Assembly: GCA_051362555.1 (NCBI GenBank)
Contig: CM120643.1
Location: forward strand, 18,604,848 to 18,668,847
Source of the DNA: Lingula anatina
Taxonomy: Eukaryota; Animalia; Brachiopoda
Direction: 5' to 3'
Length of the DNA stretch: 64,000 nt
Below are positions 1 through 13,949 of this stretch, piece by piece. The notes under the pieces are model-generated. The model worked only from the letters and a program-made list of their open reading frames with translations, did no database searches and had not been told where the DNA came from. The stretch's first letter is position 1, and each line of letters begins with the position of its first letter. The position numbers were made by a program, and so were the translations under genes.

Positions 1-219
1 AAATTTGTTTGAAAACATAACAACTATAAGCATAGTGTCCATGAAAGCAAACGCTTTCCCTTTACTAGTAATTATTTAATGTTATGAATACACAACTCGG
101 TGGCAGCATGTGCAGCCAAAATTTTTTTTCTAGACAAAAGCTAAAGAGCAAATTCACTATCACAGTCAGTGTAATATTTTGAAGTATTGCAAGTATTAAT
201 AAATTTATTGAGAACCAAC

Positions 220-2476
220 CTCTTTAGCAGCCTGTGCATCTGCATATCTCTCATGATAATCTCCCTCTAACACAGAGGCAACCAGAGTCAAGCCTTTCCC
301 TAGTGGAATAGGACACACATTCAAGTGAGAAAAAAATTAAAACACTTCTACCATGTGTAATAAGACACATAATCAAGTGAGAGAAAAATCAAATCACTGC
401 GAAACCAAGACCTCAAGATCAATAATTTTTTCTTAATAATAATTAAAATAAAAAAAACAATAGGACACAGCAAACACATAATACAACACTTGACTCATTT
501 CAACATTGCATAGGACCTCAAGTTTTCTGAATAGTGCAATAATCTTTTTAGCAAAATACAGAACTACAAATAGAGGGTACCAACATTTGCTACTACAAAT
601 GAGAATTGGGTAATTTCTTTTATATTTTATTTTTCTTAATATAATAATTCATGAACATTTTTAATCATTCTAATATTCTAAAATATTCTTGCCATTACTG
701 ACTGTAATATAGCAAATAAATCAAGCATGGCAGTTGTCACCACAAACATATGTAAACCAGTAAAATGGATGGTAAAAAAAAACATGTACAAGACATGGGG
801 CCAGCAATCTGGACCATCTGCATGGTACAATTTACCTGCTTTCAGCTGATGGGCAAAATCCAGTGTTCTGGGATATTTAGGTTGCAGGCCAGAGGTGGGT
901 TTCATGAGGACAAGAAGCTGAGGTCTGAAAACATGGAGAGGTGGAAAGTAATCAGTAATAGATGCACCACAAGTCAGTCTCATTAATTTGATACCCAGGA
1001 GTCCAAAGCAAAGTGGATGTCACACATTTTGTTGATGAGAGGCATATATGACTTATATCAATCATAAGGCAGCTATTGAGAAGAAAAGATCAAAGAATAG
1101 CTGTAAGTGGCAATTATGCATGACATACATGCACAAAATACACCACATCTGAGTCTTTTGTTCTCTACATCCACCATGGTGTAAATGCACTTCATGAATC
1201 ACAGGAGCATTATTCAGCGCTGCACTTTATGCATATAATTATCAGAAAGACAATCTATGCTTTCAGGGCTTAATCATGGACTAAAAAGTACTATGCTTCA
1301 CATACTAGTACCATAAGGAAAGGGAAATAATGTCGCTCACACTAGGTTCATCCTGCTAAATGCATTTTTAGTTAAATATATACACATTCTTCTCCAAATA
1401 ATAAATTGTAAAAATTTTGTAGTAATTCCTTTTCAATATATCTTATATAATATTTTAAACAAAAGTGTTTATTGTAAACTGTAATTGATACCATCATCAA
1501 ACTTCTATTAACCACATCTTTCTTTAAGAAAAAGAATGACAATTAACATTAATGTTAAGAGCAATTATCATAAATTATTTTGAAAAACACTTTATGCTAA
1601 AAAGTTTTTCAAAATCACAACAAAATCACAAAAGACCCTTAAATGGTGCTAACATAAGGAACAAATCATTCGGGTTAAGTCTAAAAACAATGCAAATACA
1701 AGCACAATGATAGTTCCTGTAATCAATGAGGCTCTGTGATATAAGATTTATTGTTACCTCCAGTTCTTGGTATGTGGTGGTCCATCTTCTAGCCTGAGTA
1801 AAGAGTACCTGGCCGCAGACATGGCTAACCCTCGGAAACCATCTCCCCATTCCTTCTCAGCACTGTAAATGTTAAAACATAGTATTTTCACTTAGTTTCC
1901 TTATACATGTCTGTCTAGCTGTCTGCCTGCTAGACTGTCTTCACTCAGTCTTTCTGCACACATGCCTTTACATCTGTCTAACATCTGTGAGTTTACTTAC
2001 TTACTGTTAAATCCATTTCTGAACTTACCCTTTAAATTCAATGTATTTGTAGATGCACCCAGCAATAGCTATGGCAACCAGTGCATAATACCAGCTGGAG
2101 ATGAACATGAGAGCTATACACATCCCCACACCCAGCAGTGACAGCGTCCTAATTTTTAAAACAAAAATGTATAATATACTTTACAAAATACTACTGATTC
2201 AGAATTAGTGTTTTGAGGGCCTCATGTCCTCATGTTAACAGACCGGATGGCTCAAATGGTAGAGCGCTCGCCTCCGGTGCAGTAGGTCATGGATTCAATC
2301 CTCGGCCGGGTCATACCAAAGACCATCATAAAAATAGTACCTACTGTCTCCTTGCTTAGAACTCAGCACTTAAAGGTTGAAGTAGGGAACAAAGCCAGTG
2401 CTGTTGAATGACTGGTAACAGAGGGCCATGTGGAAAAAAAAGTTTACGCTTAACATGTTTACCCTCTTTAAATAAA

Positions 2477-2517
<41 letters not shown>

Positions 2518-5500
2518 CAGGCAAATGGCTTTAATAAGTACTTTACAGGTGCTGTAAGCAAAATTTTGCAATAAGCTGCAAATTCTCTACTAATTCTAAT
2601 GCTCACACACACACCTCTTTCTCTTACTTACCAATGATAAAACCTAAAACGTGGCCTCCAGCTGGGCTCCTTCAGTAGTGTCTGCAGGGCACAGGCCAGG
2701 TTCACAAAGCCATAGCACATCAGGAAGAACCTGGGAAGAAATGAAAAGGAAGCTTAACAATGAATATTTGAAATACTGACTATTTTCTCCAAAAGATTAA
2801 ATAAACTTTTATTAAATAAACATAAGTATAACTGACTAAGATATATCATTTTTGTTTCAACTAATAAGTAGGTTAACTGTTTCCTCTGAATTTATCTACA
2901 AAACATCTGGATATTAACTATAATACGACTTCCTTTGTAACACTTAAATCCAACAACAACGCAGTAGCTGCAATTAGATTTTCAAAACTATTGACCACCA
3001 GCTGACTCAAAGAGTATTATGTTGCATTGCATTTGCTGTAAGGTAACACACACCACACTTCCACTAGCCTTACATTGTAATAATTGGGGCCACATAATCC
3101 AGATTTCCAATGAGGATCCCAATTTCTGTGATGCAGGCAGTTAACAACAGGGCTCGCAGGGGTTCCCCTCTCTTGGTGGCCACGCTGAATATTTTTAGGA
3201 AAGGAATGATGCCATCCTTTGAAATGGCTTGTAGAAGTCTTGGAGCACCTGTAATTGTATAAAGGAAATACAAGGGTTTGTATTAAGATTATACAAATAA
3301 TGACTGACTGGATATGTATATAAGTAAATCTTACTAAAATACTTTTTATCCATGCAATGACACCCCAAAACTTACTAATATGCACAGACACTCCCATTTT
3401 TGATGTGACTTGAGAAAACCACACCCATAAATTATAGATACTGACATTAAAGACAAGTGATCTTAACACGAGAACGAGCAGGCATTTAAAGTAACATACA
3501 AACACACATTACAATGCATTTACACATAAGCTGAACATCTTTTACTAGCAATTTTCAGTGTCACACTCACACTTGAAGAAACAGGCACTTATTCTTAACA
3601 ATATAAAAATTGAGATACATGCAGCATTACACAGTTTTTACCTGTCAAACTTTGTAGTCCAGCACCTACAGTGGATAGAAAGGAGCCAATGATGATGACC
3701 CAGGGGTGTGGCCAGGCTAGATTGGCAACCACCAAGTCTCCGCCTATACTTTCACCAAACCTGGAATATATAAAATGTTAAGTGCCAACTGGAATTATGT
3801 GCAACATATCACAGACTACACCAAATGCTTACTTTTCACATCTCACATTGTGCAACAAATGAGAGAGAGAGAGAGAGTGAGTTTACAAGCACACTTCAGC
3901 TTTACTCTTAAATTTATGTATCCTACTGGTGCTCAACTTGTTTTCACATTGTTCAAAAGAGTTAATTTTATCATTTAGTATTAAAATCTTAAAGCAATAT
4001 TAACTCTTTGTTTCGGCCAAAAAATGAATTTTCCTGGAGTAAACAACAATTTTCCCATGCTTACCAATGGTTAATGAATCCATTTTTACATTCAAAGTTA
4101 GTCCCTGGTTTTTTTCTAAAAAGTTTGGTTTTTTGTTAAAATCTCTTAAGAGATTTTAACAAAGTATAGACATCAATGGAGGTTACGTGGTCTAAAGACA
4201 AGTTCAAATATCAGAATAAAAGCTATAACTGCTGTTTTTGTGGTAAAACAGAATATATTATATTTCTATGAGTTATTCACAAGGTTTTTATTGTGAAATA
4301 TAGGTATCATACAAAGAGTTATTATGCCTTTAAATCATCCTGATATGCTCACATAAACTTAGCTTACATAAACCCACAAAGACAAATTATATAATCTAAC
4401 TACTGTCAAAAAGGTTAAAGATATAATATATGTCATAATAAGGGGCATGCTTCTTACTTGTCTCTAAGTAGACCTCCATCAGTTGCACCACCATAAAACA
4501 GAACACTGGACAGGTCTAATAGCAAGTCAAGGTACGTTAATAATCAGTGGACAACATTGAAACAACACAGAAGCACTTCATCAGGGATGGCTTAGAAAGG
4601 AAATTCTAGTCAGAGAGACAAGAAGACATTTTAAGTGAAAATAACAAACAGTCTCCAACCCTTATCATATCACAAACTGCATATATGGCCATCGCAGCAC
4701 ACGATATCAACCCAGTAGTTCCCAGTACATTTTAAATGTATCAAAATACACACTGCAAGGATACAAACAAAAGATGTAGTAAGCACAGCTGCTATGGTTC
4801 CTCTGGGGATAGACTTCTGTGCATCCTCCAAGTCTCCAGACCTGTTGGAGCCTGCCATGATCCCTGTGACAGAGGGGAAGAAGATACCAAGCAGTATGGT
4901 GAACGTGGTGGTAAGATCTGAGATGACTTCACCTCGACCCTTGTCCCCTTCATCTGTGTCGCTGCCAACCACATAGCCCAATCTGGAGTATGGTCCATTC
5001 ACATTATCTAGAATAAAGAAAGGAGACAAAAAATATTAGGGATAATTTTCAAATTTGGCCCATATTGCAGGCCTTTGGTAAACTACATTTCAGTGTTAAA
5101 AGCTAAATGGCAAAGTCACTTTTCAGTCATGGCAGTAAACAGGAATGTGAACATTTCTAAGGACAAGAGAAGGCCATGGCAATATTTCCAAACACTTCTA
5201 GGTGTTATGTACACAAAACATGTAATACTGTGTAACACATATTATCTTCCTAAAATATCAACGTAAAAAATGTAATAAATGTAATGATAACACTACCCAT
5301 ATGATAATAAAGAATTCTTCTACAGAAGGATGCCCATATATACATATAATTACCATGAAATTCTCCACTGGCCAAGCCTGGTATTCCTGCTATCTCTCTG
5401 GTCTCATGGTCCAGGAAGTACTGGTCACAGGCAGAGAAGTTACCCCCAGGGCAGTAGTTATTGAAAATAGGGCCTCCCTCAGCCTTAGTACAGTTCACTG

Positions 5501-8500
5501 GACCAGCTAGTATTCTATCTCCTAGGTAGCACACTCTGGGAGGAAAAAATTGATGTTATTTATGAGATAGCAATCTTCATTGACAGTAACATTATTCAAC
5601 CAACTGTCATCTGTATGATGTGAATGATTCTCAAAATCAAGTTAATTTTCCTTTCTAATTGAAAGCAAACCTAAATACACTGCTTATATAATCATAACAA
5701 AATTTTATAATTAATGATAAACAGACTATTGGGTGGAACCTTAACTAGTATAATTATCAACATGGCCTGCTCTTTTTGCAAATGGAATGATACCACTCAG
5801 TATGGAAGCAAACAGCACCAAAAAAACCATACTAAGGTTAAATGTATCAATATCATATTCCAAAAATTAACTTAATGTAAAGTTGTCTATCCCATAGGAT
5901 ATAGTTTACTTAAAACGTCAGAATGCATTTGTGCTAAAAATCCCTCTGATAAAGAGAAAAGATAATGTGCTGTAACAAGAGCAGGCTAGATCAACCTCTG
6001 CAGCACCTCGACTGACAGATAAAGGCCACTTTTGTACTCACATGGCACTACCTAATAGTTTTGTATCAAATACCATCAGACTGGCTTTATATCTGGCTAG
6101 ATGTAAGGTTGTTACTTCTATTAGTCTCTAACAAATAAATGGAAGTGTTGCGCTAAGGAAATGAATGTCCCCAGAGACTTCAATGCTGCTCTTAATATCA
6201 ACATCTGCACTGAGACACCCACATTGCCTCAAAGACATACAAATAACTAACAATATCTTGCTATTAGGTAGTTAGGTCTAGACTTCCAGTTATTTTAATA
6301 TGAATCTGATTGTTGTTCTTACATCAAATCCTACAGCTAGTTTCACAATTTTTATTTCTAATATTTTGGTGTACTTCAAATCAGGATAGGTGTGCAACAG
6401 TCTGCTAAAATATAAAAACTACTGGTCTAAAATTAAGGTCATTTCTTTCTTATAATTCCAGCACCATGTTTTATTTTTTCAGACAACTTCTGATTTTCGT
6501 GGGTCAAAAATGATTGAAATTTTGGTCTAAAAGATTAGACCAACTGCCTGTCTCAAGTCCTTTAAAAAAATGTCCCCAGGCTAGCAATCACAGATTAGTT
6601 GGTAAAGAGTCTCACTTACTTGACACTACCATCTGGATTAGCTGCAAAAATCCCAATGTAGATTGCCAAGATGGATAGGATGACACAGCTTAGAGATAGT
6701 GCTGCCACCATGCTGACAAACTTAACACCAGCGAATACAGCACAGAACAAGATCACCAGCAATATAGTGCCATAGATCCTGTAGGTGTTCACCAGATCAT
6801 ATGTTGTCTCTGGGTCATTGTCAGTGATGATTTGTATGACTGGGGCCATGTATTTCTGAAATAAAAACATGGATATCTTTACAATTTAATGGCTGAAAAG
6901 TTAGAAATAATAACAATAATTATTATAATATCAACAATAACACCAAACAAGTAATTAAAAAGAGAAATATCTATCATAACTAGAGTTATGCATTTGTCCT
7001 TAATTGGAATAGACCGAAATTTCAGTGCACACATCCCTTGACTCTACAAGATGAAAAGGCGAACAGGGATCCCCCTTGTTGTGCCTCACTTTCTTAAATC
7101 CCAGAATAAGCCATCTAGCAAACTGCTGATCTTGATTTAACTAGAATTTCCACATGTAAGCACGCCTTGCTCTTAATTCATCTTTAAACTTACCAGAAGA
7201 ATCTCTATAGCACCTATAATGTACATGGCTGCCGCAAAACTGGTCCCAAGGTAGAAAAGGATACCTACAGCCCCACCAAACTCTGGCCCCAGGTTCCTGG
7301 AGATAAGGAAATACGCTCCTCCAGCTGGGACCACCCCATTGGTCGCTATAGCACTCAGAGATATGGAAGTCAACAAAGTCTGAAAAGAACATTAAAAGCC
7401 AGTTACGAATTTGAATTAATCATAACTGAGAATATTATAATGGAAAACGAATGGTTGAATTTGTCATTAAAGAGAATAAGTGTAGGGTAAAAAAATCAAT
7501 AATTTAATAAGTACAGAACTAAAGGAAGAACAGATTCCGTAAAAGCACTTAGAAATAAAAATGCATTAACCACATAAGAGATAAATGTTGTATAAAATAA
7601 CAAATGACAATTATCAGGCAATAAGAAGTCTGGGGAATTCAAAGTTAATTTGATAACATGGAAACCAACAACCATTCTTTTACTTCCAACAAAATTAATA
7701 TTAAGAGCTTGCCTGGTATATCACACTACTTCCTATAACCTATATCATCATGGGAAAGCTTATGGAGTACTATGGGGATTTTACACACTTGTTACCCATG
7801 CTAGCTATACAGTCTTTAAGTTAGATGCAGGGGCCTGTTTCACAAAAGAATGCAAGCCCCAAGACTGGTCTACAGACTTAGCTTTTAGACCACAATTTTA
7901 GTCTACCTTAGCCTAAAATAAAATCAGTAGTAATCTAAATTGAATGAAAGATTGCACTATAGCAATAGTTTTGTTTAATAACAAGAAAGGTACTGTTTGA
8001 GTTACAAAACAATTACTTAACAATAAATTAAAAAAATTTAAAATAGACCCATAGTAGTCAGTGTAATTTTAAAAAAAAAGAGAAATTTTAATTTGTTTAT
8101 TTTAAAGGAAGGGATTATTAAAATCCAGATCAATTTTCAAACTAAAAGAGGAATTTGGTATATAATAACCTTTGGCATATGGACTTTATTTGAGAAACTA
8201 GTAGAGTCAGTTTATATGTGTTACAGGGAATCTATTCTAGCTTCATGTGTAACTTTCACTTCTTTTGAGAAACAAGCCCCATGTGTAATAATTTGCAATC
8301 AAGACAATAAAATCATAAATAAAATAAAAAATACATTAATATTCACTACTAGGCAATCACAAACATCATGACCTCAAATGGGTATCATTCATCAATTTCC
8401 ATTACAAATGAAATGCCCATTAAAGAAAAAAATCATACAAAGGTAACTGACTTAAACCAGTCCTGTATTGATCTAAAATCTTGACTAAAGACCCAATCAA

Positions 8501-11500
8501 ATGCTGTTGGTTCCAAAAGAACACTTAAGCAATATTGCTTTAACATGCCAGTCCCAGGTGTTTCCCAGTAATGTAATTCTGGCATGTATTGTAGAAAGGT
8601 AGTCTAAAGCTCTTCTACTAATCTCTATATGTATCCTGGTTTACATAGAATACATTCCACATTCAAATTTGCTAATATAATAAAAGAGGTCACAAAAAAT
8701 TGTCTACAAATATAAGTGGTCAAACTTATCTCTACTTTCTCATCAAATTTACAAGAAAAAACTCTTCAAGCCACTTAGACCAAAATCTTCTTTTTCTACC
8801 ATATAACCTTATAAAACCACTTTCTGGGTTTCTGTCTCTTTTACTATAAAAAGTTCTTCTAAACAGCCAAGATTAGTTATTTGTTCTCCAATAACCTGGT
8901 GTACATCAAGTCATTCTCAGGAAATGTGGCTATAGGTATTGCTCTGACCTTCTTCCCAAGGAGTACAATCAGCCCTCTCCCCCTCTGCTCTTCCCCCTTC
9001 CCTCTATCATACTTCCTCAGAAATGGACAGTAGATGCCAAGGGGAGTGTCTACTTTCAATTTCAGACTGTATGCCTCAGTATAAGGCTACAACAACACTT
9101 CAACCCCTGAAGGAGTTGACAGGACAGACACAAATATTAGAGTGCAATTAACACTGTGCCAGGCAGGTGTTTAAGAAAATAATGCCCATAGTAACAGAGA
9201 ACATCAGTGAGAAGCTAATGAAATTCTTCACTGGATTCTACATTCACAGCACCTTGTTTGTACTACTTACAGTGCAGCAGCACAGCAATACAATCATGAA
9301 AGCCTGTGGTATTCCAGCAGTCCCCACTATCCATGTCATTCTGACAAATAAAATGACACCAAAGATGTTCTGCAGACATGGGAGGTACACGCCAAGGATG
9401 GTGCCCAACTTGCTAACCTGAAACCAGCAAGTAAAACAGACATTCGATCAAACCAAAGGATAAAAAGGAATGACATAAATGGTTAAGTAGCCAATAATCT
9501 CACACACACGCATGCGGAAACACTGTCAGACTGAAATGATCTAGTGCCCAAGTAGATGCAGACTTCAATATTCTCTCCAAAATTCTTTTATCTAATTTGA
9601 GGTAAAAAACGAAAGACACTGCTTGTCTTTAGGAAACAGATAATAGACATCTCATCTGAACAGTGTTTTGCAAGTGTGCCAGGAATAGTAAGAGAGAGAT
9701 GAATAAAACAAGAGGATATTAAAGATTTTCAATGCTACAAATAGGTTTTTGGCCAACATGTCCTAAGATGCCATTGTAAAGTAAGCCCTAAGTATTTGCA
9801 GCAACTACCCAATATAGTGCCTACCACAGAATTAAAAAGAGTAAGTTCATAACCCTTGAATATATATGTCCACACACACTTGCATACATACAAACCTGTG
9901 GTTTTCTTGCTGATTTTTCAATTTCATGTTCACTTGGTACTGTGCCACCAGAGTAGCTTACCAACCTAGACAACACCTGTGATATCATGGGACGATTCCT
10001 GAACTCATCCTGGAATTAATAAATTAATGATATATTTTATAAATGACATATTATATATTTAAATCAAGGGAAATGGAGAGCCCAGATTGGGAAGTCAGAG
10101 GGCAATATCAGGTATATTTCACGTAACAACCTTCTCGGCCCTCTCATGGGCTCAGCTTTCATTAAAACCCAAATATTTGGAGTCAGTGTGTTTTGCATTA
10201 ATAAGATTAACAAATAGAAAAAAAGCAATAAATATGTTGATTCTTTTATGAGTATACAGTATGTTTCTAAATGAATCCCTCGATAAGTCCTATCTAACTT
10301 TTTAAATCTTTACAAAATGTCACTCGTACTTGGATCTGCATCTCCAGAAACACTGATTGCTTTGTATGTATCCTGGACCTTTATATTATAAAAACAATAA
10401 AGACTGACCAACTGACAGACTGTCAACGAGCAAGAAAAAATAACCCATGGCAAAGATATCACATAACCCCCACAATTCAGAAGTAGTTACAATGTTTCCT
10501 ACTTATTCCCATACCCCTCTCCTCCGCACACACATAAACGATAGATGTTCCCTTTTAAAGTGACAAGTATATGCGTAAAAAATGAGGCTTTTAATTACAT
10601 AATCATCTGACATAATATGCATGTCATTCAATCAACCCCCTGCATGAGACTTAAGTTCTTTTGGAGGGACCTCAATCAATTATTTACGAGTCAGTGCATA
10701 CTTAAGACTCTCCACTGATTGTGCTTGGCATATATCACTCACAGTAATTCAATATACTGCATTATTGGTCAAATCAAATGGAGCAAACCTGCAGTATTGG
10801 TCTCTCTGGGAAAGCAGACTTTTGGTTAAATGACTGTATTGTTCATTTCACAAAAGCAACCATTGGTAATTACAATTACAAACAGATTTTTCAGCTATTC
10901 TTCTAGATTTGAGGATGCACAAAAATGTCCCTTGGTCAACTGAACAAAACTATATGAGACCTCTTAAAAATCCAACTACACTTAATGTATTTCAATAACT
11001 AATGCAAACAATAAATTCTACTAGTGCACTTATTTACTGAAAATATTCAATGAAAAAATCCATAATGCCTTGAGCAAAAAATGGATGCTTATTGTTTAAA
11101 CCAAGTATTCAACAATTTTCAAGTGCTGCTAGGATTTTTCAGAAATGATGAAAACTATATGACCCAAATGCTAAAAGAATCAGGGTTAATTTTTCCTTGG
11201 AGCTACTCAAGTTTGATGAGAAGGGAAAGTAGTGTTTCGGGATTAATTTTCACAGACTAAAAGAGGATTCATGCATATCCAACATGTTATACTGTAAATG
11301 CCCAGCAGCTAACTCTGTTTCTTCCAGAGACTGGCTTAAAAAATCCCCCCCCCCAAAAAAAAAGAAAAAAAAATTAATGACATTGTGATAACTACTTTAA
11401 GTACTTTTCAATCTATAAAACATAATGACCGAAGCTAAGAATTGACTGAAAGTAAGTTTGAAACTGGTTGTAATTACAGTAACCTGTTACGCTATACACC

Positions 11501-13902
11501 CTACTACGCGTCCTCTGCTGTCTACACCCTTAGGTCAATTGCAATGTTGTGTGTGAATTTGGGGGGAGAATTCTTAGAAATCAATAATGAAAATTGATTC
11601 CCAGAAAAGCTGGCCAACATCACCTGGTTCTGGTCTCATCAACTTTTTGGCATAATATATATTTGTTTATGCACCTCATCATAAAATCCACAGGGGTCAT
11701 CCTTTTTGACCCATTTACGTCACAGATAAGTTAGTTAAAAATACAGAATTCACTGACTGCTTTTTTCCCCTTTGAGACTGAATCATAAATAAAGATGAAA
11801 AGCCAATGTTTATTATTTTCATCACAAAGTGATATTTCAGTTCTTTTTCAATAATGAAATTGATAGCATGGTTTAAATGCCCACTTCTAGGTTCAAAGCT
11901 GTCTAGTTCTATCTGTTCGCCTTTCGTGAGTCTGCTTCCCTCTTGCTGATTATCTCTAATATTGCCTCTCTGTACGTCCATCGTACCATTTTTTCATTGT
12001 TCTGGCCTTTAACAACTCAAACAAGATTTTGGGAAGTGCATATTTATCAATTCACACATATTATATAGGTTGATTCAAATGCAGCTATACCTGTAACAAA
12101 CCTATTGCGATGAAAAAGACAATTTAAAGGTGCTTTGAATAAATTAAAAATGCTTACAAAATTATAAAAATCTCCATAATGTGTCTCCAATTAAAAAAAT
12201 TATGAAATAAACAATCAGATTTGTGTTAAATGAGATATACTATAGGTCAGAATACTGTACCTCATATAAAGCCATCTCCCTATCTGCACTCGTATCTCCC
12301 TCAGCATTCGTGAGACTAAGTCTCTCGTTGGCATTTTTGCCATCTTCACCTGTAAGACAGAACATATATTTACTGTCAGGTAACTGGATGGCTTATATGA
12401 TACCTTTCACCATCAATTTAAATGTGCAAACTTGGCCCAATCAAACATCTTAAATTCAACACTGGCTAAAATCTATATATTATTATTCTAATATATTTAT
12501 TACTCAACATCATCTATGCATAATTTAATTTTTCTGCTCACTTCCCAATGAAAAAGTGTTGCAATGTAAAAATGAATACATACAGCACCTCAGTAAAACA
12601 GAAAGAGAGATATGAATGGACCAAGAATGCTATTCTCATGTTAAATGCCCCAACTTCATTTAAAACTCTCAAAAAGTATTAAAAATATCACACGTTTTTA
12701 TAAACACCATAGCCAACCACCAATTAGTACCAATGTACTTTTTGGGTAAAACCAATTTTGTGATGGGAGTAAATAATACATTTTGTTTCTTTGCCAATAT
12801 GCACTAAGTCTTGTTAAATCGGGATAACTGATTTAGTGGTTAACTGCAATAGATATCATGCACCTGAAGGAAAACTGTTTATAGAGTTCTACCTTTAATC
12901 TTTCAGAAATGGAGTCTTATTAAAGGGTGTGTGGATAGGTTGGGTTTTTCAACAAAATATGATTTACAAGTGGGCCAACCTCTGAACTGGTCTAACTGCA
13001 ATGCATGTACTTATTACAGGCTGTTGATTATTTTGTATTACTCTCCAAGTGGTTCACAGCATATATTAATGCAATCAACCATGACTGACTGAAATCAATA
13101 TTTGCAAAATCTGGGAATTGTAATATAAAGCAATCAACAGCCCCTTTACCACAGGCATTTGAATGCAATACACCAATTCAAAATGGGTTCAGAGTCTGTG
13201 TGAAAGGTGGCCAATCAGAATGTAAAAAGCTACCTCTAGGACACAGACGTGCCAGCATGGATCAGTGCCACTGGTGAAGGAATTATCCAGTGCCCAAATT
13301 TCAAGTCAAGATTTTGGTTTGGAATGGGTAATTTCAGAATAGGACAGTAAGCTTCATTGCTTCAGATTTTATGAGCCCACGCCGAGTCCCAAAGGCCACT
13401 GGGAACTCCTCTCTCTACTGGTACTGGAAAGGGCACAGGTATGCTGACTTACCAGGCCTGTGAAACTCAGGGTGTGCACGTGAAGAGGTCTCTGAGGACA
13501 ATCACATTTTTAGGGGCAAATTTATTTCCTCTCTCCTTCAGATACCAGGCTATGTAATAATATATGAAGAATGGAAAGTCTAATACATATAACAGTTTTC
13601 CTTCTTATTCATGCAACCAAACATGTTATAATTGCTAGAATTGCAAGACACAGTTCCCCATGCAACTACATGCAACTTAATGAGCTAGCACTCCAAAAAG
13701 TACCGATGCATTAACAATGATACCATGCACATGCTACTGTAACCAATATTCTAAGTTACATTCAAACTAATTAGCCTACTTAAGATATAACAGATTCCTT
13801 TGTTTTTTTTAATAAAAAAAGTTTTATAATATTCACTTCAGATTTACAACCCTTCAGTCAAAAGCATAATTCATGGACTTCAAAAACAAACACACACTGC
13901 AA

Positions 13903-13949
<47 letters not shown>

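Noticed and set aside
2241-2312. tRNA gene
   Set aside because: No complete cloverleaf; it continues into a SINE body and A tail.
5984-6103. Possible small insertion between GGCTAGAT direct repeats
   Set aside because: No convincing terminal inverted repeats were found.
11675-11981. [13 protein letters not shown]... and nearby donor GAG|GTGCAT as a third KCC first exon
   Set aside because: The ORF has no convincing phase-0 donor. The frame reaching the 11675 donor has an upstream stop and no ATG or acceptor.
13447-13465. 5-nt microexon (TTTCACAG|GCCTG|GTAAGT) in KCC intron 1
   Set aside because: It would shift the frame and has no independent support.
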